IMG/VR virus record: IMGVR_UViG_3300021404_000006
Coordinates: 1 to 64,000 of that record
From: a virus
DNA length: 64,000 bases
Strand: one strand, 5' to 3'
In this document: piece after piece, positions 15,564 to 25,356 of the stretch
Layout: each line of letters begins with the position of its first letter
How positions within the stretch are numbered: the first letter of the stretch is position 1
Notes under the pieces: generated by a model
What the model was told of the DNA's origin: nothing
Databases searched by the model: none
What the model saw: only the letters and a program-made list of their open reading frames with translations
Translations under genes and position numbers: made by a program

Positions 15564-16317
15564 CTACGCAAACTACCTAGAAGCTCAGGAAGAAGCTGAA
15601 GCGCTAGGGTTTGTTACCAAGAATTCTGGCACCAAGGCTCACCACTCAGATGGAGTAGTCAGGGACACTGACAAGGGAAAGCCGCGCTTCGACCTGATGT
15701 TCCCCAAGGGCGTGCCGTTCAGTGAGCAGCTTATAACCCGCGTGGCCGAGCTGTACGAGCGCGGCGGTCAGAGCTACGGCTACCGGAACTGGGAGAACTC
15801 CAGCACCGAAGAAACCCTGGAGCACCATGAAGCCGCCCTCATGCGCCATGTCATCAGGTTCCTGACCGGAGAGGAAGACGGCGAGGACCATGCTGCGGCT
15901 GTGGTGTGGAATGTCAATGCCGTAGACCTGTGCAGGCGCAAGCTAGCGCTGAAGGCTCTCAAATCCACTATCGAAGCTGCGAACAAGGTTCTTCTCCCGG
16001 CGGCAGAAGAAACTGAGCCGGAGTGGGATGATGAGGACGAGCTGGAAGAGGACCAGGGCATCGCCCCGCTATTCGGCCGCTCGCCGTACGTGTGGATTTA
16101 CTGTGCAGACAGCGGAACCTGGCTGTACAAAACACCTAACGGGAAGCCATATCCTGAATCAGCACGGTCGTTCAAGAAACTGCTTGAAGACTTCGGCCCG
16201 TTGAAGTGCACAAAGGGAAAGCACGAGGGAGAAGTGTTCGACGGCGAGGGAAAAGGTGTTTTATGGCACTTGACGATGAGAAGGAACGTCTGGACCTGGC
16301 AGAAGAATGGCTGCTAG
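15550..16317 (+). CDS. dATP/dGTP diphosphohydrolase domain protein (DUF5664-like)
   Basis: GKPRFDL, G-x-x-YGYRNW, ALMRH, EDHAAAVVWN. Confidence 0.8.
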   Translation: MYDADYANYLEAQEEAEALGFVTKNSGTKAHHSDGVVRDTDKGKPRFDLMFPKGVPFSEQLITRVAELYERGGQSYGYRNWENSSTEETLEHHEAALMRHVIRFLTGEEDGEDHAAAVVWNVNAVDLCRRKLALKALKSTIEAANKVLLPAAEETEPEWDDEDELEEDQGIAPLFGRSPYVWIYCADSGTWLYKTPNGKPYPESARSFKKLLEDFGPLKCTKGKHEGEVFDGEGKGVLWHLTMRRNVWTWQKNGC

Positions 16318-16484
16318 CTCACGCGGCTAACAGCCAGGAATTCGAGTCGGCACTAGAGCACGTCCGCTGGGTGCACGCCAATAAGCCAGACTGGAAGCTG
16401 CGGTGCGAGGCCATCCTGGCGAATGTAGTGACGCGGCGGCGGGACGAGGTATACACCATGGAGAAGCTGCGAATACTCAAATGA
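16263..16484 (+). CDS. Hypothetical protein
   Basis: ATG with RBS; stop overlaps next start. Confidence 0.55.
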   Translation: MALDDEKERLDLAEEWLLAHAANSQEFESALEHVRWVHANKPDWKLRCEAILANVVTRRRDEVYTMEKLRILK

Positions 16485-16858
16485 CTACATCTGAGTTCAC
16501 CGAAAGTACTCTCAAGCCGCGCCTGCGTGAGCTGGAATTCAACCAGCTGGTCATGTTCACGGAAGACCTGGCGGAAGAGATCCGCGTACACGCCGCCCAG
16601 GGAGCCAGCGACCAGGAGTGGATGGATGCTCAGGCCATGTGCGTGGCCGAGGAAGCCGGGGAGTTCATCAAGGCCTACCGGAAGTGGCGCGGGTTCGCCC
16701 GGACGGCCGGTTCAGTCAATGATGTGCATGAAGAGCTGGCTGATGTGATCATTGCGTCACTCCTGATGTTCTCCGTGATGAACTACGATGCCCAGCGGCA
16801 CATCAAGGACAAGCTGTACCAGGTGATAACTCGCGGTTACGTTAACAAGCCGGGTTAA
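16481..16858 (+). CDS. MazG-like nucleotide pyrophosphohydrolase
   Basis: EEAGE ... EELADV motifs. Confidence 0.85.
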   Translation: MTTSEFTESTLKPRLRELEFNQLVMFTEDLAEEIRVHAAQGASDQEWMDAQAMCVAEEAGEFIKAYRKWRGFARTAGSVNDVHEELADVIIASLLMFSVMNYDAQRHIKDKLYQVITRGYVNKPG

Positions 16859-16861
16859 AGC

Positions 16862-17077
16862 ATGGAAACTTCACATAACAAGGCTATATTCGACGGAATG
16901 TACCAGATACGGGCCAAGCTGTTCAGGGCGGCGGAGCGCTGCAAGGAGATGAGCATGTCCGAAAGTATCATGGGCTATCACGAGTCTTCCGCAATCTATA
17001 CAGAGATGATGAGCGAGATGACAGCAGTCAAGCCCTGGATAGAGGAAACTATGCGGGGACTTATTGAGATAAAATAG
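16862..17077 (+). CDS. Hypothetical protein
   Basis: ORF in operon. Confidence 0.5.
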   Translation: METSHNKAIFDGMYQIRAKLFRAAERCKEMSMSESIMGYHESSAIYTEMMSEMTAVKPWIEETMRGLIEIK

Positions 17078-17081
17078 GGGA

Positions 17082-17351
17082 ATGATCATCACCACGGCCC
17101 CTGTGGTCACCTCTAACGCGGAAATTGCGGCTAAAGCCCGCGACATTCACCCGGTGCAGTTCACCGGACGCATGCTCCTGACTACGATCACCTTCGTTTT
17201 TATGTCGCTCGGCTGGGTCGCCGGCACTTCCTGGTACCTTGCCGTCTTCTCTGTTCTCTGGACTGCAAGTCACCTGAAGTGGCTCGGGCTCTGCGTCCGC
17301 TACGGCTTCGTCAAAGGAGCACGTCACAGCCTCGTGCCTAAAGGCGAATAA
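17082..17351 (+). CDS. Small membrane protein upstream of portal
   Basis: Hydrophobic helices. Confidence 0.65.
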   Translation: MIITTAPVVTSNAEIAAKARDIHPVQFTGRMLLTTITFVFMSLGWVAGTSWYLAVFSVLWTASHLKWLGLCVRYGFVKGARHSLVPKGE

Positions 17352-17454
17352 TGCCGTAATCTACAGTTAGACCCATGGCCTTTACGGGAGCTGGGTAATA
17401 CCGGAGCAGGAGCAAAGTGCTCTTTGGCCGGATAGCCAGCCGAGGAGATCCCCC

Positions 17455-19059
17455 GTGGGGCTGATTGAGAATGTTTCCGCATCTTCTAAGATGAAAGTAG
17501 AGCGGCGGACTATTGGCGGCGTGCCCTGGCAGCCGTGGACCGATCCCTTCATGCGCTTCGACGTGGGCGGCCCTGTTCACCCCACGCGCCAGATTTTCGG
17601 CTTGGATAAAGCACTAGGCCTTCCTGCTTTGTATGCGGCAACTAAGATCCTGTCTGACAATGCCGCGTCCCTGCCTATCCGGGTTTACCAGAAGTCCCGT
17701 GACGGCCGGAAGGCACCTTACAGCGGCCCGCACCTCTTCGAGAACCCGTCTGTAATAGGCACCGGCTACGACTGGATGTTTGCCTGCATGGCCAGCCTGA
17801 CTCTCCAGGGTAATGCCTGGGGGCTTATCACCGGCCGCGATGGATTCGGGTTTCCCACCGGAATTGAATGGATTCCCCCGGAGCACGTCATCGTGGACCA
17901 GGAAGACTCTGCTCAGCAGCTCATCAACCCGCTGAATACCAATGTCTACGCATACGGCCGGAAGATGACCTGGTACGGGCCTGATTCGGAGCTGTTCCAC
18001 GTAAAAGGCTACTCGCTGCCCGGACGCCTAGAAGGCATTTCGCCGCTGCGTGCTTTCGCGCTCACTATCCTCGCCGGCCACGAAAACCAGAGATACAGCA
18101 CGGACTGGTTTGCATCAGGAGGATTTCCCCCGGGCACTTTCCAGAACTCCGAAATCGAAGTAGACGCCCAGCAGGCAGCTGAAATCCGCCGCATGCTCGT
18201 TACTTCCCTGCGCAGGCGCGAGCCTTTGGTATATGGCAGGGACTGGGATTACACCCCCGTTACCGTTCCGCCGAACGAGGCAGTATTTATCCAGGCCATG
18301 CAGCTCAACGCTACGCACATTGCCTCTATCTACGACCTGCCGCCTAACAGGGTCGGGGGCATGAGTGCGGGCAGTCTTACGTACTCCACTACGGAGCAGA
18401 ACCAGCTTCAGGTAATCGAAGCTCTCAGGCCGTGGCTGTGCCGTCTGGAATGGGCATTCAACGACCTGCTGCCTGCCAGGCGCGTAGTGGCGTTCAACAC
18501 CGACGCGCTGCTCAAGACCGACCTCAAGACCCGTACCGAGATCTACCAGATTCAGCGGAACATCGGCCTGCGCACCACGGACGAACTCCGCGAGCTGGAA
18601 GACCTTCCCCCGCTGCCTAAGGGCGCGGGCAGCGAGTCGCTGCCGCTGACGCTCATGGTGTCCATGGCCCAGCGTGCGGGAGCACTGCCGAAGTCGATGC
18701 TGGACCAGGTTGTGCTGCTTATCGACGTAGCCGGCAAGAAGCTGGAAAACCTCCAGCAGCAGGGACTTACCAAGAAGCCGGTCGGCGGCGAGTTCAAGCC
18801 GGACCCGGATACAGGGGAGCCTACCGGCCCTGCCAACGACCCCGGCCAGTTCTACGCCAACATGATGAACGCCTATTCCCGTGAGCTGGACAAGCAGGGC
18901 GAGCACAAGGCAGCGGATATTCTTCGCCTGGGAGTAGTCCAGCGTGCGCTTATCGAGTCGGTGGACAAGGACCGTTTCACGGCCAAGATGCCTAACTCTG
19001 TCATCAGGGACATGGTGGAGAATTACGATGATATTCCGCCTACAGGCCTCCAGGATTAA
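17455..19059 (+). CDS. Portal protein, HK97 family
   Basis: ASLPI, LQGNAW, GISPL, IASIYDLPP, YSTTEQ, ELRELEDLPP. Confidence 0.95.
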   Translation: MGLIENVSASSKMKVERRTIGGVPWQPWTDPFMRFDVGGPVHPTRQIFGLDKALGLPALYAATKILSDNAASLPIRVYQKSRDGRKAPYSGPHLFENPSVIGTGYDWMFACMASLTLQGNAWGLITGRDGFGFPTGIEWIPPEHVIVDQEDSAQQLINPLNTNVYAYGRKMTWYGPDSELFHVKGYSLPGRLEGISPLRAFALTILAGHENQRYSTDWFASGGFPPGTFQNSEIEVDAQQAAEIRRMLVTSLRRREPLVYGRDWDYTPVTVPPNEAVFIQAMQLNATHIASIYDLPPNRVGGMSAGSLTYSTTEQNQLQVIEALRPWLCRLEWAFNDLLPARRVVAFNTDALLKTDLKTRTEIYQIQRNIGLRTTDELRELEDLPPLPKGAGSESLPLTLMVSMAQRAGALPKSMLDQVVLLIDVAGKKLENLQQQGLTKKPVGGEFKPDPDTGEPTGPANDPGQFYANMMNAYSRELDKQGEHKAADILRLGVVQRALIESVDKDRFTAKMPNSVIRDMVENYDDIPPTGLQD

Positions 19060-19127
19060 CGCTTAGAGTAGCGTATGGTCGAAAATCGCCTTAACCTGGA
19101 GATTGATATCTATGGCTTGGAGGGTTA

Positions 19128-20501
19128 ATGACCGATGTGCATAGCGCAGGAGAGTTCTACTCTGCGTTCCCCGAACGTCGCATTAACCAGTTCCGGCCCG
19201 AGCTTCGCTCCGTAGACGGAGGTAACGGGCCTAAGCACATCTGGGGCTATGCCTCCATGTTCAACAAGCTCTCGCGTAAGCTTGGCGGCTTTGTAGAGCG
19301 CGTTGACAGCAGGGCTTTCACTGAGGGCAGGGCTATTGGATTCCCCGATGTGGTTTGCCGTTTCAATCACAATGACGATTTTCTGCTCGGCACTGTGAAT
19401 GCGCGTACCTGCCTTATCGACGTAGACAGCACCGGCTTGCTTTACGACGTTGTTCCTCCCTCCTTCCGCAAAGACATTATCGAACTGATGGAGCGCGGCG
19501 ACGTGTCCAGTTCCTCGTTCGCTTTCCGGGTTCCCGAGGGCGGTGACGACTGGGGTCTTTCCGATTTCAACTACCCGCTCCGCACTCTGCTTTCCGTGGA
19601 CCTGGTTGACGTTGCTCCTGTGACTACGCCTGCCTATCCTGACGCTACTTCCGCAGTTCGCTCTATGGATGGTGCGGTACAGTCACTGGCAACCAGGTTC
19701 GACGTAGAGCCTGCGGAAATCCGGTCGCTGCTCGAAGCCAATCAGGGCGTAAAGCTGTTCAAGCGTACTGACCGCCCGTCTGCTCCCGCTGTACAGCTCA
19801 CAGGTTTCAGCACAGGTGCAAATACCTATTCCACGGCCGGCACCAGCGCTACCCTTGAGATCACGACCATTATCCCTGAGGAGGCTAAAGTGAGTCTCGA
19901 AGAGAAGCGCCTCGCCCTCTACGAGGATGAAGTTCGTGCCAAGTACGATGCTGCGGCCCTGAAGAAGGCCGCTTCCAGCGGTGCGACAATGCCGAATGCC
20001 AATGGCGAGCCTTCCTACCCGATTCAGGATGAGGAAGACCTGCACGACGCCATTCACGCGGTAGGGCGCGGTCACGCCAGCCACGAGGCTATCCGCCAGC
20101 ACATCATCACCCGTGCCAAGGCGCTCGGCCTTTCACACATGCTTCCGGCGGACTGGACTTCCGAAGACAACACCCCGGCAGCCGCTGACAGCTCTGACGA
20201 GAAGAACTCCGCTGAGGAGACATCCGAAGAGCGCGTACTGTGCGCCAACTGCGGCAAGCCCGTGGAAGAGCGTACTGAGACTCCTACAGAAGAGGTTGAG
20301 ACCGTGGAAGAGCCTGAAAAGACTGAAGAGATCCGGACAGAGGAAACCGAGTCTCCGGCTGAAGTTACCGAAGAGGTAACTAATGGTCATGTAATCGACA
20401 ACGGAGAAGCTCAGCTCGCAAAGCTCGGACTCCAGCGTCGTCAGCGTATCGCGGAACTTCAGGAGAAGAGGTTCGACCCCTTCATCGGTACTGACGAATA
20501 A
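19128..20501 (+). CDS. Prohead protease (HK97 type) with long acidic C-terminal extension
   Basis: GYASMFN, FNHN, SSFAF, LVDVAPVTTPAYPD; C-terminal SYPI...IITRAKALG domain and Glu-rich tail. Confidence 0.92.
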   Translation: MTDVHSAGEFYSAFPERRINQFRPELRSVDGGNGPKHIWGYASMFNKLSRKLGGFVERVDSRAFTEGRAIGFPDVVCRFNHNDDFLLGTVNARTCLIDVDSTGLLYDVVPPSFRKDIIELMERGDVSSSSFAFRVPEGGDDWGLSDFNYPLRTLLSVDLVDVAPVTTPAYPDATSAVRSMDGAVQSLATRFDVEPAEIRSLLEANQGVKLFKRTDRPSAPAVQLTGFSTGANTYSTAGTSATLEITTIIPEEAKVSLEEKRLALYEDEVRAKYDAAALKKAASSGATMPNANGEPSYPIQDEEDLHDAIHAVGRGHASHEAIRQHIITRAKALGLSHMLPADWTSEDNTPAAADSSDEKNSAEETSEERVLCANCGKPVEERTETPTEEVETVEEPEKTEEIRTEETESPAEVTEEVTNGHVIDNGEAQLAKLGLQRRQRIAELQEKRFDPFIGTDE

Positions 20502-20511
20502 CCAATACCTG

Positions 20512-20550
20512 TAAAAAATCTGCCTTTACTTGCTAAAGGCAGATTTTTTA
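20512..20550. terminator. AT-rich inverted repeat (terminator or operator) between protease and capsid genes
   Basis: TAAAAAATCTGCCTTTA-CTTGC-TAAAGGCAGATTTTTTA perfect 17-bp arms. Confidence 0.7.
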
Positions 20551-20650
20551 TGTTAAATCGTAATTGACCTCCCACGGCCGAGTAGCTGCACTGAGTGCAT
20601 GGACTCCGGAGCTGGATGGTAATCGAAACCAACCCAGCTTTGGAGGAATC

Positions 20651-21910
20651 ATGGCATCTGATGTTGCCAATAACCTCCGTGATCGCCGTCAGAGGGCTTG
20701 GCACGAGGCCAAGGAACTTCTCGACAGGACTTCCACGGAGAACCGTGACTTCACGGGCGAGGAAGAGAGCAAGTGGTCCGCTCTCAACGCCGAAATCGAC
20801 AAGATCGATGAGCGGCTGAAGGCTGTTCTCGACGCTGAGTCCCGTTCCCGCGAGACCGATGAGGTTTACAACCGCCTCGGTTCCCGTCCGGTAGAGGCAG
20901 CCGCAGCGTACGATTCGGCACGCGAGGAAATCCGGCAGTGGATGATTAACCCGAGCCGTGGTGCGATTGAAGTTCGTCGCGCTAACCGGGGTTCCGTCAA
21001 TCCCAAGTACCTGATGTCGGACGAATTCCGTACCCTTACCACCAACGGCGTACTGGCCGGCTCGACCAACGCGTCTTCCACCGTTCCCGTGGACTTCTAC
21101 GACCAGCTGATCAGCTACCTGATCGAGGTTTCCGGACTTCTCCAGACCGGCCCGAGCGTTCTGAACACCGCCGGCGGCGAGACGATCCAGATCCCCGTCG
21201 TATCCTCGCATCTCACCAGCACTTCTGCTGCACAGGGTGCATCGATTCCGTCCGCTGACCCCGCGTTCACGCAGGCTACTCTTGCTGCCGTCAAGTTCGG
21301 CTCGCTCACCCAGCTCTCCCGCGAACTGATTGACGACACCGCAGTTGACCTCCTGGGTTACCTCGCGATGTCCGCAGGCCGTGCGATCGGAAACGCATTC
21401 GGTACCGCTCTCGTTAACGGCACCAACGGCATTACCGGCGGCCTGCTCTCCGGCGTGTCCATCGGTATTACCGGCGCAACCGGCACGAGCGGCGCGGCTA
21501 CATACGCCAACCTCGTGGACATGGAGTACAGCGTAATCGCACCTTACCGTCAGTCACGGTCCTGCTACTGGCTGGCTGCGGACAAGACGATCGGCGGATT
21601 CCGTAAGCTCGTGGACAGCCAGGGACGCCCCGTATGGGAGCCGTCCATGGTCCTCGGTGCTCCTGACCTGCTGCTCGGCAAGCCCATTGTGGCGGACCCG
21701 TTCATGCCTGCCGTAGCTACCGGAGCGCAGTCTATTGCCTTCGGTGACTTCAGCCAGTACTTCGTGCGCCTGGCCGGCGGACTCCGCTTCGAGCGTTCCG
21801 ACGACTTCGCATTCGGTAGCGACTTGGTTACGTTCCGTTGCCTGCTCCGTGGCGACGGTAACTGGGGCGACACTCACGCAGTCAAGCTCTTCAAGGGCGC
21901 TCTCACCTAA
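20651..21910 (+). CDS. Major capsid protein, HK97 fold with N-terminal delta domain
   Basis: SRELIDD, KLVDSQGRPVW, LLGKPI, AFGDFS; GGAGG RBS. Confidence 0.95.
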   Translation: MASDVANNLRDRRQRAWHEAKELLDRTSTENRDFTGEEESKWSALNAEIDKIDERLKAVLDAESRSRETDEVYNRLGSRPVEAAAAYDSAREEIRQWMINPSRGAIEVRRANRGSVNPKYLMSDEFRTLTTNGVLAGSTNASSTVPVDFYDQLISYLIEVSGLLQTGPSVLNTAGGETIQIPVVSSHLTSTSAAQGASIPSADPAFTQATLAAVKFGSLTQLSRELIDDTAVDLLGYLAMSAGRAIGNAFGTALVNGTNGITGGLLSGVSIGITGATGTSGAATYANLVDMEYSVIAPYRQSRSCYWLAADKTIGGFRKLVDSQGRPVWEPSMVLGAPDLLLGKPIVADPFMPAVATGAQSIAFGDFSQYFVRLAGGLRFERSDDFAFGSDLVTFRCLLRGDGNWGDTHAVKLFKGALT

Positions 21911-21924
21911 GCCCTACCTTTACC

Positions 21925-21958
21925 GGAAAGCCTCGGCCCTTAGGGGTCGGGGTTTTTC
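21925..21958 (+). terminator. Intrinsic terminator after capsid gene
   Basis: AAAGCCTCGGCCC-TTAG-GGGTCGGGGTTTTT. Confidence 0.8.
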
Positions 21959-21974
21959 GCATATACTGTTGCTT

Positions 21975-22442
21975 ATGACTGTTATCCGCATGCTGACGCA
22001 CATGACAGGCGGTCGTTACGATAACCGGGAATGGCCGGGGTACATGGGGGAAATCGACGTGCCGGAATGGGAGGCGAAGCATCTTATTAATGGCCGTAAC
22101 GCCGAATATACCGATACTCCTGTCCTGGACCGTGGCTATGACGTTCTCAAGGTTCCTGATCCTAACTACGAATCGAAACTGAAGTTCGCAGACGGAGGAA
22201 TTATCGAACGTTCGGTAGAAGAGGAGCCCGAGCCCGCATTGCCTAGTTCTGACTTCGATAATGACTTCGAACGCGATGATGACGATAACGAAGTCGAGGA
22301 AGTAACCCCGCAGGTTAAACGCCCGTCCACCGTAGACAACAAAGCAGCTTGGATTGACTGGGCAGTAGCCAACGGAGCAGATAGGGAAAAGGCATCAGCG
22401 AAGACAAAGACTATGCTAATTTCCGAATACGGAAAGCTGTAA
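21975..22442 (+). CDS. Hypothetical protein with C-terminal Lsr2/LEM-like motif
   Basis: RP...NKAAWIDWAV..G...TK..LI pattern; likely leaderless start. Confidence 0.65.
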   Translation: MTVIRMLTHMTGGRYDNREWPGYMGEIDVPEWEAKHLINGRNAEYTDTPVLDRGYDVLKVPDPNYESKLKFADGGIIERSVEEEPEPALPSSDFDNDFERDDDDNEVEEVTPQVKRPSTVDNKAAWIDWAVANGADREKASAKTKTMLISEYGKL

Positions 22443-22510
22443 CTAGCACGAATCTCTTCAGGCAGCTACGCTGGGAATGAACACCAGCCTGACCTAACAG
22501 GAGGATATAA

Positions 22511-23035
22511 ATGGCTGACAAGACGCTTGGTGGGCCTGCGAAGGGCATCACTGTAGGCGGCGACCAGACCGCGCTCCCTGGTCAGGCTGCCGGCAAGCTC
22601 CCCTTCGGTATCCAGAACCCGCTGAGCACGGGCGCACCGGGTACCGGCGGTACCGGACTTGCCTCTGACCCCACGCTTCAGGCTCCGGTTCCGACTGCTG
22701 CCTACGGCGCGCAGAACGATGATGCCGACACGGGCGCTCCCGGTGGCAATGGCGTTTCTGCTCACGTAGCTACCGGCGCTACTTACACGCTGGACTCCTA
22801 CGGCGCGTCGCCGCGCCAGAACATGACCGGCGGCTCTGTGGACACCGAGGCACAGTCCAACAAGTACGGCACTGACACGGGCATCCCTGGCCTTCACGTA
22901 CCTGACGGCACTGGTGCTCCCGGCACCGTGGGTACGTACACCGTTCCCGGTGGCCACGGCGTCGGCAACGGCCCGGCTGGACATGGCGGCGCAGCCGGCG
23001 GCAGCATCACTGACGGCAGCGAGCGCATTCACTAA
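22511..23035 (+). CDS. Gly/Thr-rich low-complexity protein (putative virion-associated)
   Basis: Strong RBS, TGAPG repeats. Confidence 0.75.
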   Translation: MADKTLGGPAKGITVGGDQTALPGQAAGKLPFGIQNPLSTGAPGTGGTGLASDPTLQAPVPTAAYGAQNDDADTGAPGGNGVSAHVATGATYTLDSYGASPRQNMTGGSVDTEAQSNKYGTDTGIPGLHVPDGTGAPGTVGTYTVPGGHGVGNGPAGHGGAAGGSITDGSERIH

Positions 23036-23194
23036 GGAGCGTTATGGAAGACCTTTCGCACATCGTAGTATCCGCTATTCCGGTCAAGGACGGGCTTCCG
23101 GCTCTTCCCAAGGCTGTCATGGACGGGTTCAGCGATGCTGCGACGATCGTCCAGGCCACTAAGCTCATGGGCTTTACCGAGACGGAGGCACCTG

Positions 23195-23440
23195 ATGGCG
23201 ACCAGTAACCCGAACGAGCCTACTTATGTGGATATGAGCCACCTGGTACCAATCGATCTCGGCTTGTGCGGCGGCGAGTCTATGTCTGGCGGAAACACCA
23301 CCAGCCGCCCTCTGCCTTCCGGAGCTGCCGGCGCACCCGGCTCTGAGCCGGTAAACCCGCCTCCTCCAGGTACGGTAAACGATAATCCCGAGATGGATAT
23401 CAAGCCCTTTAAGAGCTACACGAAGAAAGTAGGTAAATAA
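23195..23440 (+). CDS. Small Pro/Gly-rich protein
   Basis: GGAGG RBS, coupled to next ORF. Confidence 0.55.
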   Translation: MATSNPNEPTYVDMSHLVPIDLGLCGGESMSGGNTTSRPLPSGAAGAPGSEPVNPPPPGTVNDNPEMDIKPFKSYTKKVGK

Positions 23441-23658
23441 TGGCAGCCCCCAGCGGTGAGAACGTGGTTCGCGGCGGCAAGGAAGGCGGCCTGAACGAGT
23501 ACAGCTACGATGCTGCTTCCGGCAGCCCTGTAGCAGGCTGGTCCAAGGTTGACGACAACGCCGGCGCGGTAGGCATGACCGGAGAAAACGGCGACCATTT
23601 TTCTGCGGCAGAGCACTCCGGTAACGCAGGTAACGCTCAGCCGGGCTCGCAGACCTAA
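23440..23658 (+). CDS. Small Gly-rich protein
   Basis: TAATG coupling with upstream ORF. Confidence 0.65.
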   Translation: MAAPSGENVVRGGKEGGLNEYSYDAASGSPVAGWSKVDDNAGAVGMTGENGDHFSAAEHSGNAGNAQPGSQT

Positions 23659-23800
23659 TCACGACCCGAGACATCCGCTTTACTGCTGGTGCAGCTGGAG
23701 ATGGGCCGGCAGGCAGCGCTGGTCCCCGTGTACCCGCGACGCCGATTCCCCGGACGGCATAACCTATTAGCTCTCCTGGCCTACCCTTATCCAGGAGTTA

Positions 23801-23839
23801 CGAAAACCCTAGTCCCGAAGCCCGGGGCTAGGGTTTTCG
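23801..23839. terminator. Bidirectional intrinsic terminator
   Basis: CGAAAACCCTAGTCCC...GGGGCTAGGGTTTTCG. Confidence 0.8.
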
Positions 23840-24032
23840 CTACTTCTTCTTGTTGCGCAGTCGCTTAGCCTCTACTGTCTCCCGGGCAGCTATCTTGGCG
23901 TTTCTCTCCAGTATCTCACTCACTATGCGGTAGTCAACGGTCATTACCGGCGTGCGCTCTACGAAACGGTGCATAGGGCTACTGTAGCGGAACAGGAACG
24001 GATTTCGCTGCTGATCAGGTAAGCTTTCTTCC

Positions 24033-25046
24033 ATGCGTATCCTAGCAGCGCATGACGGCCTCGGCTGCGGTCATGTCAGGATCATACAGCCGCTCCGCGA
24101 GCTGGCGAAGCACGGGCATGAAGTTACGCTCTGCACTACTGATGAGACTAAAACACTGGATTACCTGCGCGACGGTTCCAGGTGGGACATAATTGTCGGC
24201 CAGAGGCTTGCCAAGTACGACGGAATGACTACCTGGCGACGAGCGCGAGCACCCCGTAACCGGCTTGTGTACGAAGTTGACGATGACCTTTACACCATCG
24301 ACAAGATCAACTGGGCAGCGCACGAGCAGTTCAACAAGCCTGATATTCAGGATGCCGCCAAGACCTACTCGCTGATGTCAGACCTGGTGACCGTAACTAC
24401 GGAAACCCTGGCTAACGTCCAGCGGGGTATCGGGATCGAGAAGGTTGCGGTACTTCCCAACTGTGTTCCTGAGTACGTCCTGAACATGCCGAAGGCTGTC
24501 TCCAGCCGCAGGCCGAGGATTGGCTGGATTGGCGGTGCCAGTCACGGGCTGGACGTTCACGAGGCAGTACCCGGCGTGCGCAAGTTTCTCGGCAAAAATC
24601 CAGGCTGGGACCTGTATCTCGCCGGCACTGACTACCGGCCGTCATTCAACGCGAAGAACTGGGACCAGATGCTGCACGCAGACTGGAAGCAGATCAACGA
24701 TGAAGAACACGCTTACTACGAGATGCTGGATTTCGAAATCGGCATAGCCCCGTTGAAGGACACCTTGTTCGCACGGTCGAAGTCCCCGCTGAAGACACTG
24801 GAGTACAATGCGCGGGGTATCCCCGTTATCGCTTCCGATGTTCAGCCTTACAGGGAGTACGTAGTCCACGGCGAGAACGGCTTCCTGATCAAAGCACCCC
24901 ACGAATGGGGCAAGTACATCCGGTTGCTAGCCGACAATCCTGACCTGCGGGCTGAAATGGGAGCTAAGGGCAGGGAAACCGCGAGCAAGTTCACGCACGA
25001 GGGCAACTGGAAGCTCTGGGAGCACGCCTACGAAAGCTTGTTCTAA
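24033..25046 (+). CDS. Glycosyltransferase, GT-B fold (GT4-like)
   Basis: YEVDDD, IGWIG, KSPLKTLEYNARGIPVIASD, HGENGFL. Confidence 0.92.
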   Translation: MRILAAHDGLGCGHVRIIQPLRELAKHGHEVTLCTTDETKTLDYLRDGSRWDIIVGQRLAKYDGMTTWRRARAPRNRLVYEVDDDLYTIDKINWAAHEQFNKPDIQDAAKTYSLMSDLVTVTTETLANVQRGIGIEKVAVLPNCVPEYVLNMPKAVSSRRPRIGWIGGASHGLDVHEAVPGVRKFLGKNPGWDLYLAGTDYRPSFNAKNWDQMLHADWKQINDEEHAYYEMLDFEIGIAPLKDTLFARSKSPLKTLEYNARGIPVIASDVQPYREYVVHGENGFLIKAPHEWGKYIRLLADNPDLRAEMGAKGRETASKFTHEGNWKLWEHAYESLF

Positions 25047-25104
25047 TGGACGACCTTCTTTGCCTCTTTGCCTGCCTTGGGCACCGGCCGCCGTGGTACC
25101 GTGA

Positions 25105-25356
25105 GTGGTGGTGCAGGCCGCCCTACTGGAGGTAGCGATGGACATCCCGGTCGAAGACATCAAGTGGCACAGGATTATCGACCCGACATATCTTGACCTG
25201 CCTAAGGATCACTATGCGGAATTCTGCCGATCCGGCGGCGAGCTGATAGTCAGGATCACCGGGCCGAACGCTCACGTCACCGGCAATGCCGAAACCCTGG
25301 ACAAGGCCGTAGAATACGCACTGGAGTGGTTCAGTGAAGTAGGCGGTGAACTGTGA
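25105..25356 (+). CDS. Hypothetical protein
   Basis: ORF coupled to next gene; probable ATG at 25138. Confidence 0.5.
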   Translation: MVVQAALLEVAMDIPVEDIKWHRIIDPTYLDLPKDHYAEFCRSGGELIVRITGPNAHVTGNAETLDKAVEYALEWFSEVGGEL

